Assembly (NCBI GenBank): GCA_016699425.1 | Contig: CP064975.1 | Coordinates: 718,098 to 782,097, forward strand | Direction: 5' to 3' | Length of the DNA: 64,000 nt | Origin: Candidatus Moraniibacteriota bacterium | Lineage (GTDB): Bacteria; Patescibacteriota; Minisyncoccia; Moranbacterales; UBA1568 | In this document: positions 61,516-64,000 of the stretch, piece after piece | How the letters are laid out: the number at the start of each line of letters is the position of its first letter | How positions within the stretch are numbered: position 1 is the first letter of the stretch | Made by a program: the position numbers and the translations under genes | Notes under the pieces: model-generated | Seen by the model: the letters and a program-made list of their open reading frames with translations, nothing else | Told to the model about the DNA's origin: nothing | The model's database searches: none

Positions 61516-63075
61516 CTACTGCTGTGCTTGCGGAAGCTGAATCGGTCGAGCACCGGGCGCACTTGCCACGAGACGACCGATGAGATATTCGACGGGCGCA
61601 TAATCATCCGTCATCTTCGGAAAACGCGCCAAATGGAGCGGGGTTGTATCAATCCGCTTCGCCCCGAGTGAACGAAGGAGGGGATCGGCATGCTCTGTGA
61701 AAACCACGGATTGGAAATCAATCGACTGCGGACTATTGTAGCCCAGGAAAACGATGTTCTGTGCCTCGGTCGGGTGCGCTGGTTCCGTCAGGAAGAAGTA
61801 ACTATTAGGGAAGACTTCTTGGAATGTGCGCATCTCAGAAAGAAGGAGCGATGTGGTTCCGTCAGACGAGAGCTCGCCGATGAAATTTCCAAGGAACAAA
61901 CCGTCTGTGCTCAGCTTCTCTTTGGCGGCTAAAAAAAATTCCGCCGTCGCGAGATGGGGCAGGAGAAAAAGCGAGTAGTAGACATCGCTATAGATGAGGT
62001 CATACGTCCGGGACGTATCGTGGAGAAACCGTCGGCCATCGGCGATGTGATTTGTGAGACGGCTATCGGCTGTCAGCCCAAAATATCGCTGTGCAATCGG
62101 CAAAAGTGCCGGGTCGATCTCGGCCACATCCACCTGGATATTGGGAATATCATTTAATAGCTTCTTGGGGATATTGTATGCGCCGCCACCGATGATGAGG
62201 GCCTGGCGGACATCGGGATGTAGAACTCGATACAAGGCGGTATATTTCGCAATCTCCAAAACGAACTCATCGCTGTCGAGAAACATCGCTCCCGAAGGGG
62301 CGTGGTCCTGGAGGAAGAATCTCGTTGGCTGATCGTCGTATAAACCATCAACCACATCGACCCGCTGATACTGCGTATCCTGGCTATAGACAGCCAACCC
62401 AACAGGTTCCACTGGTGCCGACACCACTCCGCCGATGCAGGCCATCACTGTCCCGACGATGATCGCCTTGCGTACTCCGGCGGCAAGAAACAAGCTGAGC
62501 CCCAGTATGAGCAGTAGTCCCGCGATACCCATCAATATCGCGCTCACCCCGAAATGGGGGATGAGAAAAAATCCGGTTCCGAGACTGCCGACAATGCTCC
62601 CGGCCGTAGACCAGAAGAAAATCGATCCCGACACTGCCCCGATCCCCTGCTGAGGAAAACTTCGGCTTTGAAGCGTGATAGCGAACGGCGAAAGCAGACC
62701 AAGGAGGCAAGCCGGCAAGAAAAAGAGCGCAAGCGAAGCAATGAGCGGACCGCTGACGACATCGAGTGTATAGGCCGCCGATGGGAGAACGAGCACCACG
62801 AGCCAATAGACGACATAGATACAGAGGCCGCTCGCTGCGATGATCGCCGCAAACAGCCGCTCGCTCGGATACCGGTCCGAGAGTCGGCCGCCGGCCGCAT
62901 AGCCGACACTCAGAGCAGCGAGGATAACACTGATAACACTCGAGAAAGTAAAGATGGTGTTCCCAAAATAGGGCGATAGGATGCGCGTCGCGACAACTTC
63001 CACTACGAGCACCGCACCGCCCGTGAAAAAAACGGCGAGCGGCAACTGGTACTGTTTCAGAACGGACAAGAACAT
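61516..63075 (-). CDS. speE: Membrane-bound polyamine aminopropyltransferase (spermidine-synthase fold fused to an N-terminal polytopic domain)
   Basis: About 200-aa N-terminal multi-TM region. C-terminal domain with ALIIGGGAYNIPKKLL…VDVAEIDP, a spermidine synthase-like fold. Confidence 0.7.
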   Translation of the reverse strand: MFLSVLKQYQLPLAVFFTGGAVLVVEVVATRILSPYFGNTIFTFSSVISVILAALSVGYAAGGRLSDRYPSERLFAAIIAASGLCIYVVYWLVVLVLPSAAYTLDVVSGPLIASLALFFLPACLLGLLSPFAITLQSRSFPQQGIGAVSGSIFFWSTAGSIVGSLGTGFFLIPHFGVSAILMGIAGLLLILGLSLFLAAGVRKAIIVGTVMACIGGVVSAPVEPVGLAVYSQDTQYQRVDVVDGLYDDQPTRFFLQDHAPSGAMFLDSDEFVLEIAKYTALYRVLHPDVRQALIIGGGAYNIPKKLLNDIPNIQVDVAEIDPALLPIAQRYFGLTADSRLTNHIADGRRFLHDTSRTYDLIYSDVYYSLFLLPHLATAEFFLAAKEKLSTDGLFLGNFIGELSSDGTTSLLLSEMRTFQEVFPNSYFFLTEPAHPTEAQNIVFLGYNSPQSIDFQSVVFTEHADPLLRSLGAKRIDTTPLHLARFPKMTDDYAPVEYLIGRLVASAPGARPIQLPQAQQ

Positions 63076-63190
63076 ACACTTTCAGGATTTATTATCAGCC
63101 AACGAGAAGGAATGATACTACACTGAAACAACTCCAGAAAGGGAGGGTCGGGCAGTTTCCAGCGATGCGTTCTGGATCAGATTTGCGAAG

Positions 63191-63439
63191 CTATCGTTTC
63201 CAGCGCGGGGCGAAACGAATCATCCAAGCAAAAAACTTCGCTTTGAACTTGTTCATCCCATGGCCGACCATGTTCTCATACGCGACTCGCTGAAACTCCT
63301 TCAGGTCTTCCCCTTCATAACAAAGCTTGCCATTCTTGAAACAATAGCTGCAGTACCGGCTATCTTCGCGCTGCCCCGGGTCCTTATCGAATGGCATCAG
63401 ACAACTTTCACACTGTGTACCGGGCTTTGTGATTGACAT
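63191..63439 (-). CDS. Small zinc-ribbon protein
   Basis: CESC…17 aa…CSYC plus additional Cys/His residues. 82 aa. Confidence 0.4.
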   Translation of the reverse strand: MSITKPGTQCESCLMPFDKDPGQREDSRYCSYCFKNGKLCYEGEDLKEFQRVAYENMVGHGMNKFKAKFFAWMIRFAPRWKR

Positions 63440-63486
63440 ATGTTTATGAGATATTATGCGAATGATTGAGAAATCCCCTTGATATT

Positions 63487-63951
63487 CTAACGCCCAAACT
63501 TCGTCGCCCGCAACTCTTCACCAGTCCGCTCGACCTCAACCCAGGCCTGCTGATCAGCTGGCCCGTACGGGATGATATACTGTACCCGATATGCAACAAC
63601 TGTCCCCGTCCCTGTAGTCGTCAGACCGACGGCATAATACTTCTCAGAATCGGAGAGATGCTGCTTGAGTACTTCCGATGCAGTCGCAACGAGCCGCTTC
63701 TTGAAATCCAGGTTTTCAAGAGTATCCGCGAGAAAGAGTCCCTGATAGTCGCCTTTCGCAATCTTTTCATTCAGCGAGGGGTATGGTCTGAGGGCTGCCA
63801 GAAACATCTTGTATGGCCCAATCTCGAGGACATTTCCTGAACCCGCCTTATTGCTCCAGGCTTCCGGCGGCATGAGTATACCCGAATTACCCCCATGAAT
63901 CCGCATCTCATGCTGCTCGACCGTTCCGGCAAACTCCGTTTCTACCAGCAC
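63487..63951 (-). CDS. Hypothetical protein. The 5' end may extend beyond the window.
   Basis: 154-aa ORF reaching close to the window end. No recognisable motif. Confidence 0.35.
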   Translation of the reverse strand: MLVETEFAGTVEQHEMRIHGGNSGILMPPEAWSNKAGSGNVLEIGPYKMFLAALRPYPSLNEKIAKGDYQGLFLADTLENLDFKKRLVATASEVLKQHLSDSEKYYAVGLTTTGTGTVVAYRVQYIIPYGPADQQAWVEVERTGEELRATKFGR

Positions 63952-64000
63952 GGTCGCCCATCCCGCATTACCACAATTGACATTCTTGGGACAACGTCCG

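Overview
This window is a gene-dense, GC-rich (about 58-60% GC) stretch of a bacterial chromosome with almost no non-coding DNA. The genome looks compact, possibly from a CPR/Patescibacteria-like or other reduced-genome lineage; this is inferred only from gene size, gene order and the low-complexity tails noted below. Most genes are housekeeping: ribosomal proteins (rplL, rplJ, rpsP, rpmF, rplA, rplK), transcription and nucleic-acid functions (nusB, nusG, secE, rnc, rnhB, a short smc, dnaE, ligA), tRNA-related genes (miaA, gatCAB in two places) and clpC. Four regions stand out.

(1) Positions 1-7015, minus strand: a six-gene operon homologous to the formate-hydrogenlyase / hydrogenase-4 / complex I family. 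It encodes a NuoB-like small subunit, NuoL-, NuoH-, HyfE- and NuoN-like membrane subunits and a fused NuoC-NuoD-like large subunit. Every metal-ligand cysteine I could check has been replaced in both the small and large subunits. This makes it a candidate cofactor-less, energy-converting-hydrogenase-related (Ehr-like) ion-translocating module, and it is the most unusual system in the window. A DedA protein and an NhaP antiporter sit directly upstream on the same strand.

(2) Positions 26.5-31.4 kb: eight co-directional nucleotide-metabolism genes (Nudix, a P-loop kinase, folA, a second Nudix, thyA, an HD hydrolase, dcd and a CYTH protein) form a compact dTMP-synthesis supermodule. No canonical dut gene is present.

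(3) Positions 44.0-55.4 kb: a complete type IV pilus locus (pilM-N-O-B-T-C, three tandem pilin genes, pilD and three minor pilins). Two of the pilin genes are recent tandem duplicates with a variable centre, and perfect U-less hairpins lie between the pilin genes. Divergently transcribed from pilM is a frameshifted surface protein with an FN3 domain and a collagen-like Gly-X-Y repeat. comFC lies nearby.

(4) Positions 36.1-37.5 kb: a low-GC island carrying an IS200/IS605-type tnpA with no tnpB, plus an AT-rich cargo ORF.

Three genes are interrupted by single-nucleotide frameshifts, each at a short homopolymer. Two of these were confirmed by translating across the junction. This pattern suggests assembly indel errors rather than real pseudogenes, but the sequence alone cannot settle that. 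No rRNA, tRNA or CRISPR array was found.
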